Source: Escherichia phage vB-Eco-KMB39. Taken from it: a stretch of 64,000 nt of DNA. The position numbers and the translations under genes are program-made. The stretch's first letter is position 1, and each line of letters starts with the position of its first letter. The notes under the pieces were generated by a model. The model was not told the DNA's origin, searched no databases, and worked only from the letters and a program-made list of their open reading frames with translations. Below, piece by piece: positions 7,877 through 18,700 of this stretch. The DNA lies in the sequence record OR539219.1. One strand, 5' to 3'.

Positions 7877-8401
7877 TTCTGCTATAATTTTTCCATCTTT
7901 TTCTACTTGAAAATAGGTGTAAGGAATCGTAGCTGTACATACTAAAGCCGGGTCTGAATCTTCTGTGTAGCTAAATTCTACTTCAGACAGGTCAGAAACC
8001 CAAGGCTTATAAAAATTTATTGACATCACGATTTCAGTTTTACTATTATCTAAAATGTAAAGCGTAATGTATTCAGGACCTGTTTTTTGGGCAGTATTTT
8101 CGCCTGTAAGATAGTTACTAGTTCCTAGCATCCATTCATACATTCCTATCCATGACTTAAGCTCTTCATCAACTATAAATCTCACGATGAGTGGGTCGTA
8201 CTCAAATGTAACACCTGGACGTTGTGCTCGGCCTAGTCCAAACGGCCCAGTCACGGTATCAGTAACAGGTATCCTAATTCCCGGAATAGGAACTGACTGA
8301 GCATTTAAAGTAAAAGCAGATGTAGTATTACTATGCGGTATTGATACTACAAAGTTAGTTGTATTTGCTTGGTTAAAAATTTGTTGTAGTGCTTGCGACA
8401 T
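7871..8401 (-). CDS. 3: tail completion / sheath stabiliser protein gp3
   Basis: Start moved to ATG 8401 (MSQALQQIF...); synteny 1-3-2-4. Confidence 0.7.
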   Translation of the reverse strand: MSQALQQIFNQANTTNFVVSIPHSNTTSAFTLNAQSVPIPGIRIPVTDTVTGPFGLGRAQRPGVTFEYDPLIVRFIVDEELKSWIGMYEWMLGTSNYLTGENTAQKTGPEYITLYILDNSKTEIVMSINFYKPWVSDLSEVEFSYTEDSDPALVCTATIPYTYFQVEKDGKIIAEV

Positions 8402-8507
8402 ATATTCCTCATAATGCTTCATAAATGTTGGTGGTATAATGGGTCTAAGTCCCTTCCATTCAATTCCAATTAGAACAAACAACAGAAAAGAATGGAAGAT
8501 AATAGAA

Positions 8508-9167
8508 TTAATTTATTAGACTTCTTAAACGAGCAGAAGTCATAAATGGAAATTTTTCTAAAGTTGGCTTTCGCCAATATCTTGGATGACAAGTTGATTT
8601 AAAATCAAGAACAATTTTCTTTGCTTCATCAATAGTGTTAACTCCAAAGTTATCTAACATTATTTTCTTTTCTTTTTCCCACCGTTTATTAGCTAAAGCA
8701 GATTGAAGCTTTTTGTTTTTAAATGTGTCATTTTTTCTAGAATGAGTTGTGCCTTGTGTCGGACTCCATCCTCTTCCTAAAATAAATCCCTCAGGAATTA
8801 TATCTCCATCATGTAATTTTATACATCTTTTACCATTATTATAATATTTTCGTCCAGTTTGTGTATTTGAAATATTATTTACATGTTTTCTTTTTAACCA
8901 ACCATAAACTTTATTATTTCTCCTAACATATTTAGTTGAAACCGTCATTTTTATGGCTGCATAAGATAATTTTAAAGAATTTGGGTGTATTTTTACTAAT
9001 AGCTGATGTGCAACATAATGCTCTTCTGGAGTTAAATCAACCAAGTTAGAAGCATCATTACTACCGCCTAAACATTTCGGAATAATATGATGTCTTTCTT
9101 TATATCCAGTAAGGGCTCTATTGCGAGCCCTATCAATTAGTGAATTATAAATTTTTTCATAATTCAT
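8508..9167 (-). CDS. HNH homing endonuclease with NUMOD-like C-terminal repeats, inserted between genes 3 and 2
   Basis: Motif [29 protein letters not shown]; ATG 9167 overlaps the gp2 stop (ATGA); paralogue of 46927..47619. Confidence 0.75.
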   Translation of the reverse strand: MNYEKIYNSLIDRARNRALTGYKERHHIIPKCLGGSNDASNLVDLTPEEHYVAHQLLVKIHPNSLKLSYAAIKMTVSTKYVRRNNKVYGWLKRKHVNNISNTQTGRKYYNNGKRCIKLHDGDIIPEGFILGRGWSPTQGTTHSRKNDTFKNKKLQSALANKRWEKEKKIMLDNFGVNTIDEAKKIVLDFKSTCHPRYWRKPTLEKFPFMTSARLRSLIN

Positions 9168-9991
9168 CGTACATTGCTCCAAACTTTGTTTGCAGAGAAA
9201 CGTTTTCCTTTGGAGTAGAAGCTTTGGAGTGGCATCAACACAACGTTCGCCCAGTCTTTCGGGGCGATTTCAACAAGGCTACCCATAATATTACCGGGTA
9301 TATATGCCTTAATCATTTGGTCTGCACCCCTAAATCCTTTCACTTGACTCCAATCAATTTTTAATTTCGTTTTATTAGTAATAGTAGGTGTATTTGAATA
9401 TTGCTTTAAAAGCTCTTCTAGAAATTGCTGACGAGCTTTAGGTGGAATATAGTGCAAGTTTAATCCGTACATTAAATTGTGCTTACCTAAACCAAGGTAA
9501 ATTATCAAAGGAAATTTATCCCAGTAAGGAAGAGTTTCCTTGTGTTTAGCATCATAAGCAAAAGCATATATTCGTCCCGGTTGCGGGCGAACAACTTTAT
9601 GTCCTTTTACTTGCTTAATAGTTTCAGCAAACCACTTTCTGGTTTTATTATTAATTGCTGCACCTTCATTACGAATTTTATCACGCAATGTTTGTCTGAA
9701 TGAATTTATCATAAGCAGTTGTCTTTCTTGCTTATTGAGTTTATTCATTGGTTTTGATTCAAGCTTTTGAATCTTTTCAGCCGTTTTAATTCCTGAAGCA
9801 TATTTTGACATTGCTGAAGTAAACGTAGAGTATTTGATTCCTCTTTCTTCAGCAAATTGCTTTCCTGTCATTCCTTTTGCTTTGGCCTTTTTATATTCAA
9901 GACCTATCTGAATCCATTTCTTTTCGTTTAATGATTGCTTAACCTTTGGAACTTGGGGAGTGCTTTCATTAATTATTTGAAAAATAGCCAT
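9164..9991 (-). CDS. 2: DNA end protector protein gp2
   Basis: 275-aa ORF between genes 3 and 4; assigned by synteny and size. Confidence 0.7.
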   Translation of the reverse strand: MAIFQIINESTPQVPKVKQSLNEKKWIQIGLEYKKAKAKGMTGKQFAEERGIKYSTFTSAMSKYASGIKTAEKIQKLESKPMNKLNKQERQLLMINSFRQTLRDKIRNEGAAINNKTRKWFAETIKQVKGHKVVRPQPGRIYAFAYDAKHKETLPYWDKFPLIIYLGLGKHNLMYGLNLHYIPPKARQQFLEELLKQYSNTPTITNKTKLKIDWSQVKGFRGADQMIKAYIPGNIMGSLVEIAPKDWANVVLMPLQSFYSKGKRFSANKVWSNVR

Positions 9992-10443
9992 TATGCCCCC
10001 TTAAAGCCAAGAGCTCGTAATCCATCTTCTGTTAGAATTCTAAATTTTATTCCACGCTTTTCAGCTAAAGATTGTGCTGCTTTCCATTTGTCAGTGTTCA
10101 CAGACCAGGTATAAATTTCATTCATAAATCTTTTCTTCGCTGCGGTTGTTAGATGTGCTGGTTTAACTGGTGGTTGTGTTTCTTTTTTAGGTTTTATTTC
10201 AATAAAAAATTCTTGTCCAGAAGAATCTTTCATCCAAATATCCATGAAGTATCTACGTTTTTTCCCTTCGGCATTACAAAAATAAGGAATTACTGCTGTT
10301 TCACTACCCCATGCAATAATTTCTGGATTTTTATCTAACCATTCAAAAAAGAATTTTTCCCAATTTGATCTATACGTAATTTTTTTAGGGTCACCTCTAT
10401 ATTTTGATATATTTTTAGGAACCCATTTTCCAGAATATGCCAT
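9991..10443 (-). CDS. 4: head completion protein gp4
   Basis: 150-aa ORF divergent from gene 53. Confidence 0.75.
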   Translation of the reverse strand: MAYSGKWVPKNISKYRGDPKKITYRSNWEKFFFEWLDKNPEIIAWGSETAVIPYFCNAEGKKRRYFMDIWMKDSSGQEFFIEIKPKKETQPPVKPAHLTTAAKKRFMNEIYTWSVNTDKWKAAQSLAEKRGIKFRILTEDGLRALGFKGA

Positions 10444-10454
10444 TGGATTCTCCT

Positions 10455-10462
10455 TATAAATA
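10455..10462 (+). promoter_or_regulatory. late promoter TATAAATA for gene 53
   Basis: Exact TATAAATA 28 nt upstream of the gene 53 ATG. Confidence 0.55.
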
Positions 10463-10469
10463 GATAATA

Positions 10470-10477
10470 TATTTATA
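10470..10477 (-). promoter_or_regulatory. late promoter TATAAATA for gene 4
   Basis: Exact TATAAATA on minus strand 26 nt upstream of the gene 4 ATG; crossed with the plus-strand promoter. Confidence 0.5.
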
Positions 10478-10490
10478 AACAGGAGGGCCC

Positions 10491-11081
10491 ATGCTCTTTA
10501 CATTTTTTGATCCGATTGAATATGCGGCCAAAACGGTGAATAAAAACGCGCCGACTATTCCTATGACAGATATTTTTAGAAACTATAAAGACTATTTTAA
10601 ACGCGCTCTTGCGGGATACCGCTTACGTACTTATTATATCAAAGGTTCACCACGCCCGGAAGAATTAGCAAATACTATATATGGAAATCCACAGCTGTAT
10701 TGGGTTTTATTGATGTGTAATGATAATTATGATCCATATTATGGATGGATTACTTCACAAGAAGCAGCTTATCAAGCATCTATACAAAAATACAAAAATG
10801 TAGGTGGAGACCAAATAGTATATCACGTGAATGAGAACGGTGAAAAATTTTATAATTTAATATCATACGATGATAATCCATATGTTTGGTATGATAAAGG
10901 CGATAAAGCTAGAAAATATCCTCAATATGAAGGAGCGCTTGCTGCGGTCGATACGTATGAAGCGGCTGTTCTTGAAAATGAAAAACTTCGTCAAATAAAA
11001 ATAATAGCAAAATCAGACATCAATTCATTTATGAACGACCTTATACGTATAATGGAGAAATCTTATGGAAATGATAAGTAA
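10491..11081 (+). CDS. 53: baseplate wedge protein gp53
   Basis: 196-aa protein recognised as gp53. Confidence 0.85.
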   Translation: MLFTFFDPIEYAAKTVNKNAPTIPMTDIFRNYKDYFKRALAGYRLRTYYIKGSPRPEELANTIYGNPQLYWVLLMCNDNYDPYYGWITSQEAAYQASIQKYKNVGGDQIVYHVNENGEKFYNLISYDDNPYVWYDKGDKARKYPQYEGALAAVDTYEAAVLENEKLRQIKIIAKSDINSFMNDLIRIMEKSYGNDK

Positions 11082-12792
11082 TAACCTTAATTGGTTTGTT
11101 GGTGTTGTTGAAGATAGAATGGACCCATTAAAATTAGGTCGTGTTCGTGTTCGTGTGGTTGGTCTGCATCCACCTCAAAGAGCACAAGGTGATGTAATGG
11201 GTATTCCAACTGAAAAATTACCATGGATGTCAGTTATTCAACCTATAACTTCTGCAGCAATGTCAGGAATTGGAGGTTCTGTTACTGGACCGGTAGAAGG
11301 AACTAGAGTTTATGGTCATTTTTTAGACAAATGGAAAACTAACGGAATTGTCCTTGGCACGTATGGTGGAATAGTTCGCGAAAAACCGAATAGACTTGAA
11401 GGATTTTCTGACCCAACTGGGCAATATCCTAGACGTTTAGGAAATGATACTAACGTATTAAACCAAGGCGGAGAAGTAGGATATGATTCGTCTTCTAATA
11501 TTATCCAAGATAGTAATCTAGACACTGCAATAAATCCCGATGATAGACCACTATCAGAAATTCCAACTGATGATAATCCAAATATGTCAATGGCTGAAAT
11601 GCTTCGCCGTGATGAAGGATTAAGACTAAAAGTTTATTGGGATACCGAAGGATATCCGACAATTGGTATTGGTCATCTTATCATGAAGCAGCCAGTTCGT
11701 GATATGGCTCAAATTAATAAAGTTTTATCAAAACAAGTTGGTCGTGAAATTACAGGAAATCCAGGTTCTATTACAATGGAAGAAGCGACAGCTTTATTTG
11801 AGCGTGATTTGGCTGATATGCAACGTGACATTAAATCACATTCTAAAGTAGGACCAGTCTGGCAAGCTGTCAACCGTTCTCGTCAAATGGCATTAGAAAA
11901 TATGGCATTTCAGATGGGTGTTGGCGGTGTAGCTAAATTTAACACAATGTTAACTGCTATGTTAGCCGGAGATTGGGAAAAAGCATATAAAGCTGGTCGT
12001 GATTCATTGTGGTATCAACAAACAAAAGGCCGTGCATCCCGTGTTACCATGATTATTCTTACAGGTAATTTGGAATCATACGGTATTGAAGTGAAAACAC
12101 CGGCTAGGTCTTTGTCAGCAATGGCTGCTGCTGTAACAAAGTCTTCTGATCCAGCTGACCCTCCTATTCCGAATGATTCGAGAATTTTATTTAAAGAACC
12201 TGTTTCTTCATATAAAGGTGAATATCCGTATGTTCACACAATGGAAACTGAAAGCGGTCATATTCAGGAATTTGACGATACCCCGGGACAAGAACGATAC
12301 AGATTAGTTCATCCGACTGGAACATATGAGGAAGTATCACCGTCAGGAAGAAGAACAAGAAAAACTGTTGATAATTTGTATGATATAACAAATGCTGATG
12401 GTAATTTTTTGGTAGCTGGCGATAAAAAGACTAACGTCGGTGGATCAGAAATTTATTACAACATGGATAATCGTCTTCACCAAATAGATGGAAGCAATAC
12501 GATATTTGTGCGTGGCGATGAAACTAAGACGGTTGAAGGTAATGGAACTCTCCTAGTCAAAGGTAATGTTACTATTGTAGTTGAAGGTAATGCTGACATT
12601 ACAGTTAAAGGAGATGCTACCACTTTAGTTGAAGGAAATCAGACTAATACAGTAAATGGAAATCTTTCTTGGAAAGTTGCTGGGACAGTTGATTGGGACG
12701 TTGGTGGTGATTGGACAGAAAAAATGGCATCTATGAGTTCTATTTCATCTGGTCAATACACAATTGATGGATCGAGGATTGACATTGGCTAA
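11065..12792 (+). CDS. 5: baseplate hub / tail lysozyme gp5
   Basis: 575 aa; N-terminal OB domain, central lysozyme domain, C-terminal VxGxxxxx beta-helix repeats. Confidence 0.9.
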   Translation: MEMISNNLNWFVGVVEDRMDPLKLGRVRVRVVGLHPPQRAQGDVMGIPTEKLPWMSVIQPITSAAMSGIGGSVTGPVEGTRVYGHFLDKWKTNGIVLGTYGGIVREKPNRLEGFSDPTGQYPRRLGNDTNVLNQGGEVGYDSSSNIIQDSNLDTAINPDDRPLSEIPTDDNPNMSMAEMLRRDEGLRLKVYWDTEGYPTIGIGHLIMKQPVRDMAQINKVLSKQVGREITGNPGSITMEEATALFERDLADMQRDIKSHSKVGPVWQAVNRSRQMALENMAFQMGVGGVAKFNTMLTAMLAGDWEKAYKAGRDSLWYQQTKGRASRVTMIILTGNLESYGIEVKTPARSLSAMAAAVTKSSDPADPPIPNDSRILFKEPVSSYKGEYPYVHTMETESGHIQEFDDTPGQERYRLVHPTGTYEEVSPSGRRTRKTVDNLYDITNADGNFLVAGDKKTNVGGSEIYYNMDNRLHQIDGSNTIFVRGDETKTVEGNGTLLVKGNVTIVVEGNADITVKGDATTLVEGNQTNTVNGNLSWKVAGTVDWDVGGDWTEKMASMSSISSGQYTIDGSRIDIG

Positions 12793-12826
12793 TATACTTC
12801 CAATGAGCGCTGATTTAGGAGAATCC

Positions 12827-13321
12827 ATGGAAGGTTCTTCTATCGACGTCACCTTTACTGCTCAATTAGAAACAGGTGAAACGTTAGTATCTATAAATAT
12901 AACTAGTTACGAAGAAACTCCTGGGGTTTTAGTAGAAGAAAATCGTTTATATGGAACGTATGAATCTGTATTTGGATTTGGAAATGATGCGTTGAAATAT
13001 CGTTTAGATAATGAATTTAAAACTGCTGCTTCATGGGAAGACCTTCCAACTGATTCTAATACTCAGTTATATTTATGGAAAGCTCCTCAAAACCTCCAGA
13101 AGACATTCACTTACGAAGTAACATTAATATATGACTACCAAGAACAAGGTGAATCTGGAGGTTCTGGCAGTAATTCTAGGTCATCTTCTGATACTACTGA
13201 ACCAACGAATCCTCCAGCTCCAATAAGAAAAACTCTTGTTAAAAATTACACAAAAACTATAGTTGGAAATTGGAGTCGTTGGGCTAATAAATTGAGAAGC
13301 TATGTGTATGAGAGGCAATAA
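12827..13321 (+). CDS. 5.1: gp5.1-like hypothetical protein
   Basis: Start chosen at ATG 12827 with AGGAG RBS; track ORF starts at TTG 12764 inside gene 5. Confidence 0.55.
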
Positions 13322-13614
13322 TGTCAGGATTAAGTTATGATAAGTGTGTTACTGCCGGCCATGAAGCATGGCCTCCAACAGTTGTGAATGCTACACAAAG
13401 TAAAGTATTCACTGGAGGAATTGCTGTTCTCGTAGCAGGTGATCCAATTACAGAACATACAGAAATTAAAAAGCCATATGAAACACATGGCGGAGTGACA
13501 CAACCTAGAACTTCTAAGGTATATGTCACTGGAAAGAAAGCTGTTCAAATGGCTGATCCAATATCATGCGGTGATACTGTGGCTCAGGCATCATCTAAAG
13601 TATTCATTAAATAG
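13321..13614 (+). CDS. 5.4: PAAR-repeat spike tip protein gp5.4
   Basis: 97-aa ORF between 5.1 and 6. Confidence 0.8.
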
Positions 13615-13622
13615 GATTTAAA

Positions 13623-15605
13623 ATGGCAAATACCCCTGTAAATTATCAATTAACAAGAACAGCAAATGCTATTCCCGAGATATTCGTCGGGGGTACATTT
13701 GCTGAAATAAAACAAAACCTCATTGAATGGCTTAATGGCCAAAATGAATTTTTGGATTATGATTTTGAAGGCTCAAGATTAAACGTTCTGTGTGACCTTT
13801 TAGCTTATAATACATTATACATTCAGCAGTTTGGTAATGCTGCCGTATATGAAAGCTTTATGCGTACTGCTAACTTACGTAGTTCAGTAGTTCAAGCGGC
13901 GCAAGATAATGGATATTTACCTACTTCAAAATCAGCTGCTCAAACTGAAATTATGCTAACTTGTACAGACGCATTGAATAGAAATTACATTACTATTCCT
14001 CGTGGTACTCGCTTTTTAGCATATGCAAAAGATACTTCTGTTAATCCTTATAACTTTGTCTCTACCGAAGATGTTATTGCTATTCGTGATAAAAATAACC
14101 AGTATTTTCCACGTTTAAAATTAGCCCAGGGACGTATAGTAAGAACTGAAATCATTTATGATAAATTAACACCTATTATCATTTATGACAAAAATATAGA
14201 TAGAAACCAAGTTAAACTATACGTTGATGGAGCAGAATGGATTAACTGGACAAGAAAGTCAATGGTTCATGCTGGTTCTACATCAACAATTTACTACATG
14301 CGTGAAACTATTGATGGAAATACTGAATTTTATTTTGGTGAAGGTGAGATTTCCGTTAATGCGGCAGAAGGAGCATTGACTGCTAATTATATTGGAGGTC
14401 TTAAACCTACCCAGAACTCTACGATTGTTATTGAGTACATCAGTACTAACGGTGCAGATGCGAATGGTGCAGTCGGATTTTCATACGCAGATACATTAAC
14501 AAATATAACTGTCATCAATATTAACGAAAATCCAAATGATGACCCAGATTTTGTTGGGGCAGATGGCGGCGGCGATCCAGAAGATATTGAGCGTATTCGC
14601 GAATTGGGTACTATTAAACGCGAAACCCAGCAACGCTGCGTAACTGCAACCGACTATGATACATTCGTCTCAGAAAGATTCGGTTCTATTATTCAAGCGG
14701 TTCAGACTTTCACTGATTCTACCAAACCTGGTTATGCATTTATTGCTGCTAAACCTAAATCAGGTCTGTATTTAACTACCGTACAGCGCGAAGATATTAA
14801 AAATTATCTCAAAGATTATAATTTAGCGCCTATTACACCGTCAATTATTTCTCCTAATTATCTTTTTATTAAGACTAATTTAAAAGTCACATATGCTTTA
14901 AATAAACTACAAGAATCCGAACAGTGGCTTGAAGGTCAAATAATTGATAAAATTGATCGCTATTATACCGAAGATGTAGAAATTTTTAACTCATCTTTTG
15001 CCAAGTCTAAGATGTTAACTTACGTAGATGATGCAGATCATTCTATCATTGGTTCATCAGCGACTATTCAAATTGTTCGTGAAGTACAAAACTTCTATAA
15101 AACGCCTGAAGCAGGTATTAAATACAATAATCAAATAAAAGATCGTTCTATGGAATCTAATACGTTTTCATTTAATTCTGGACGAAAGGTTGTAAATCCT
15201 GATACCGGTTTAGAAGAAGATGTATTATATGACGTTCGTATAGTATCAACAGACCGAGATTCTAAAGGAATTGGTAAAGTTATTATTGGTCCATTTGCTT
15301 CTGGCGATGTTACAGAAAATGAAAACATTCAGCCGTATACAGGCAACGATTTTAACAAATTAGCAAATTCTGATGGACGCGACAAATACTATGTTATCGG
15401 TGAAATAAATTATCCAGCTGACATGATTTATTGGAATATCGCTAAAATTAATTTAACATCTGAAAAATTTGAAGTTCAGACTATTGAATTATATTCTGAC
15501 CCAACCGATGATGTTATCTTTACTCGCGATGGTTCACTGATTGTATTTGAAAATGACTTACGTCCACAATACTTAACTATCGATTTGGAGCCTATATCAC
15601 AATGA
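13623..15605 (+). CDS. 6: baseplate wedge protein gp6
   Basis: 660 aa; synteny 5-6-7-8. Confidence 0.85.
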   Translation: MANTPVNYQLTRTANAIPEIFVGGTFAEIKQNLIEWLNGQNEFLDYDFEGSRLNVLCDLLAYNTLYIQQFGNAAVYESFMRTANLRSSVVQAAQDNGYLPTSKSAAQTEIMLTCTDALNRNYITIPRGTRFLAYAKDTSVNPYNFVSTEDVIAIRDKNNQYFPRLKLAQGRIVRTEIIYDKLTPIIIYDKNIDRNQVKLYVDGAEWINWTRKSMVHAGSTSTIYYMRETIDGNTEFYFGEGEISVNAAEGALTANYIGGLKPTQNSTIVIEYISTNGADANGAVGFSYADTLTNITVININENPNDDPDFVGADGGGDPEDIERIRELGTIKRETQQRCVTATDYDTFVSERFGSIIQAVQTFTDSTKPGYAFIAAKPKSGLYLTTVQREDIKNYLKDYNLAPITPSIISPNYLFIKTNLKVTYALNKLQESEQWLEGQIIDKIDRYYTEDVEIFNSSFAKSKMLTYVDDADHSIIGSSATIQIVREVQNFYKTPEAGIKYNNQIKDRSMESNTFSFNSGRKVVNPDTGLEEDVLYDVRIVSTDRDSKGIGKVIIGPFASGDVTENENIQPYTGNDFNKLANSDGRDKYYVIGEINYPADMIYWNIAKINLTSEKFEVQTIELYSDPTDDVIFTRDGSLIVFENDLRPQYLTIDLEPISQ

Positions 15606-18600
15606 CAGTAAAAGCACCTTCAGTCACTAGTCTCAGAATTTCCAAGTTATCCGCTAATCAGGTGCAAGTACGCTGGGATGACGTTGGTGCTAATTTCTAC
15701 TATTTTGTAGAAATCGCTGAGACAAAATCAAACTCGGGAAAAAATCTCCCGAGTAATCAATATCGTTGGATTAATTTAGGATATACAGCAAATAATAGTT
15801 TCTTTTTTGATGATGCTGATCCATTGACATCATATGTTATTAGAGTAGCTACAGCTGCGCAAGATTTTGAGCAGTCTGATTGGATTTATACCGAAGAGTT
15901 TGAAACTTTTGCTACAAATGCTTATACATTTCAAAACATGATTGAAATGCAATTAGCCAATAAATTCATTCAGGAAAAATTTACTCTTAATAATTCTGAT
16001 TATGTTAATTTCAATAATGACACAATAATGGCTGCGTTGATGAATGAATCATTTCAGTTCAGCCCATCGTATGCTGATGTCTCATCAATCAGTAATTTTA
16101 TTATTGGTGAAAACGAGTATCATGAAATACAAGGTTCTATCCAGCAAGTATGTAAGGATATTAACCGAGTTTATTTGATGGAATCAGAAGGGATTCTATA
16201 TCTTTTTGAGCGTTATCAACCCGTAGTTAAAGTATCAAATGATAAAGGACAAACTTGGAAAGCTGTAAAGCTCTTCAATGACCGTGTAGGATATCCTTTA
16301 TCTAAGACTGTATATTACCAATCTGCAAACACAACATACGTTCTAGGATACGATAAGATTTTCTATGGCCGTAAATCGACTGACGTTAGATGGTCAGCAG
16401 ATGATGTCAGATTCAGTTCACAGGATATAACATTTGCTAAATTAGGAGACCAACTTCATTTAGGATTCGATGTTGAAATCTTCGCTACTTATGCGACTTT
16501 ACCAGCGAATGTATATCGTATAGCTGAAGCCATTACTTGTACGGATGATTATATCTATGTTGTTGCCAGAGATAAAGTTAGATATATAAAAACGAGTAAT
16601 GCACCTATAGATTCTGACCCGTTATCACCAACATACTCGGAAAGACTTTTTGAACCTGATACAATGACTATAACTGGAAATCCTAAAGCTGTATGCTATA
16701 AAATGGATTCTATTGGTGATAAAGTTTTTGCTCTTATTATTGGTGAAGTTGAAACATTAAATGCTAATCCTAGAACATCAAAAATAATTGATTCCGCTGA
16801 TAAAGGAATATATGTTTTAAATCATGACGAAAAAACATGGAAAAGAGTTTTTGGTAATACCGAAGAAGAAAGAAGACGTATTCAACCCGGATATGCGAAT
16901 ATGTCAACTGATGGTAAATTAGTTTCTCTGTCTTCGAGTAATTTTAAATTTTTAAGTGATAACGTTGTTAATGACCCTGAAACTGCTGTAAAATACCAGT
17001 TAATCGGTGCTGTCAAATATGAATTTCCTCGCGAATGGTTAGCTGATAAACATTATCATATGATGGCGTTTATAGCGGATGAAAAATCTGATTGGGAGAC
17101 TTTTACTCCTCAGCCGATGAAATACTATGCAGAACCATTCTTTAACTGGTCTAAAAAATCTAACACACGCTGTTGGATAAACAACTCTGATAGAGCTGTA
17201 GTAGTTTATGCTGATTTAAAATACACCAAAGTTATAGAAAATATTCCGGAAACATCACCAGATAGATTAGTTCATGAATACTGGGATGATGGTGATTGTA
17301 CGATAGTAATGCCAAATGTTAAATTCACTGGATTTAAAAAATACGCATCAGGAATGCTTTTTTATAAGTCTTCTGGTGAAATAATTTCTTACTATGATTT
17401 TAACTATCGAGTGAGAGACACGGTTGAAATAATTTGGAAGCCAACTGAAGTATTTTTAAAAGCATTTTTACAAAACCAAGAGCGTGAAACTCCTTGGTCC
17501 CCGGAAGAAGAGCATGGATTAGCTGATCCTGATTTAAGACCATTAATTGGCACAATGATGCCTGATTCTTATTTGCTACAGGATTCTAATTTTGAGGCAT
17601 TCTGCGAAGCATATATTCAGTATCTTTCTGATGGATATGGAACTCAGTATAATAATTTACGAAATTTAATTCGTAACCAATATCCGCGAGAAGAGCACGC
17701 GTGGGAATATTTGTGGTCAGAGATATATAAAAGAAACATTTATTTAAATGCTGATAAACGTGATGCTGTTGCAAGATTTTTTGAATCACGTAGCTATGAT
17801 TTTTATTCTACTAAAGGAATTGAAGCATCATACAAGTTTCTTTTTAAAGTTCTTTATAATGAAGAAGTTGAAATTGAAATTGAATCTGGAGCTGGTACTG
17901 AATATGATATAATCGTTCAATCTGATTCTTTGACCGAAGACTTAGTAGGACAAACGATTTATACAGCTACAGGAAGATGTAATGTTACTTATATAGAAAG
18001 AAGCTATTCTAATGGTAAATTGCAATGGACCGTAACTATTCATAATCTTTTAGGAAGATTAATTGCCGGTCAAGAAGTTAAAGCAGAAAGACTCCCTAGT
18101 TTCGAAGGCGAAATTATTCGCGGGGTTAAAGGAAAGGATTTGCTTCAAAATAATATAGACTATATTAATAGAAGTAGATCATATTATGTAATGAAAATTA
18201 AATCCAATTTACCTTCTTCCCGCTGGAAATCTGACGTTATTCGTTTTGTTCATCCAGTAGGATTTGGATTTATAGCAATTACTCTTTTAACAATGTTTAT
18301 TAATGTTGGTTTAACTCTTAAACATACAGAGACTATAATTAATAAATACAAAAACTATAAATGGGATTCTGGATTGCCTACTGAATACGCTGATAGAGTA
18401 GCTAAATTGACTCCAACCGGTGAAATTGAGCATGATTCAGTAACAGGCGAAGCAATTTATGAACCTGGCCCAATGGCTGGCGTAGAATATCCTCTTCCTG
18501 ATGACTATAATGCTGAAAATAATAATTCAATATTTCAAGGTCAATTGCCTTCTGAACGACGTAAATTAATGAGTCCTCTATTTGATGCATCTGGAACAAC

Positions 18601-18700
18601 ATTTGCACAATTTAGGGATTTAGTTAATAAACGTCTAAAAGATAATATAGGAAATCCAAGAGACCCTGAAAATCCAACACAGGTTAAAATAGATGAATGA
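15602..18700 (+). CDS. 7: baseplate wedge initiator gp7
   Basis: 1032 aa; start overlaps gp6 stop. Confidence 0.85.
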   Translation: MTVKAPSVTSLRISKLSANQVQVRWDDVGANFYYFVEIAETKSNSGKNLPSNQYRWINLGYTANNSFFFDDADPLTSYVIRVATAAQDFEQSDWIYTEEFETFATNAYTFQNMIEMQLANKFIQEKFTLNNSDYVNFNNDTIMAALMNESFQFSPSYADVSSISNFIIGENEYHEIQGSIQQVCKDINRVYLMESEGILYLFERYQPVVKVSNDKGQTWKAVKLFNDRVGYPLSKTVYYQSANTTYVLGYDKIFYGRKSTDVRWSADDVRFSSQDITFAKLGDQLHLGFDVEIFATYATLPANVYRIAEAITCTDDYIYVVARDKVRYIKTSNAPIDSDPLSPTYSERLFEPDTMTITGNPKAVCYKMDSIGDKVFALIIGEVETLNANPRTSKIIDSADKGIYVLNHDEKTWKRVFGNTEEERRRIQPGYANMSTDGKLVSLSSSNFKFLSDNVVNDPETAVKYQLIGAVKYEFPREWLADKHYHMMAFIADEKSDWETFTPQPMKYYAEPFFNWSKKSNTRCWINNSDRAVVVYADLKYTKVIENIPETSPDRLVHEYWDDGDCTIVMPNVKFTGFKKYASGMLFYKSSGEIISYYDFNYRVRDTVEIIWKPTEVFLKAFLQNQERETPWSPEEEHGLADPDLRPLIGTMMPDSYLLQDSNFEAFCEAYIQYLSDGYGTQYNNLRNLIRNQYPREEHAWEYLWSEIYKRNIYLNADKRDAVARFFESRSYDFYSTKGIEASYKFLFKVLYNEEVEIEIESGAGTEYDIIVQSDSLTEDLVGQTIYTATGRCNVTYIERSYSNGKLQWTVTIHNLLGRLIAGQEVKAERLPSFEGEIIRGVKGKDLLQNNIDYINRSRSYYVMKIKSNLPSSRWKSDVIRFVHPVGFGFIAITLLTMFINVGLTLKHTETIINKYKNYKWDSGLPTEYADRVAKLTPTGEIEHDSVTGEAIYEPGPMAGVEYPLPDDYNAENNNSIFQGQLPSERRKLMSPLFDASGTTFAQFRDLVNKRLKDNIGNPRDPENPTQVKIDE

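Noticed and set aside
12893-12900. Exact TATAAATA inside the gp5.1 coding region
   Set aside because: Lies 420 nt upstream of the next gene start and inside a coding sequence; may be a chance octamer in A/T-rich DNA
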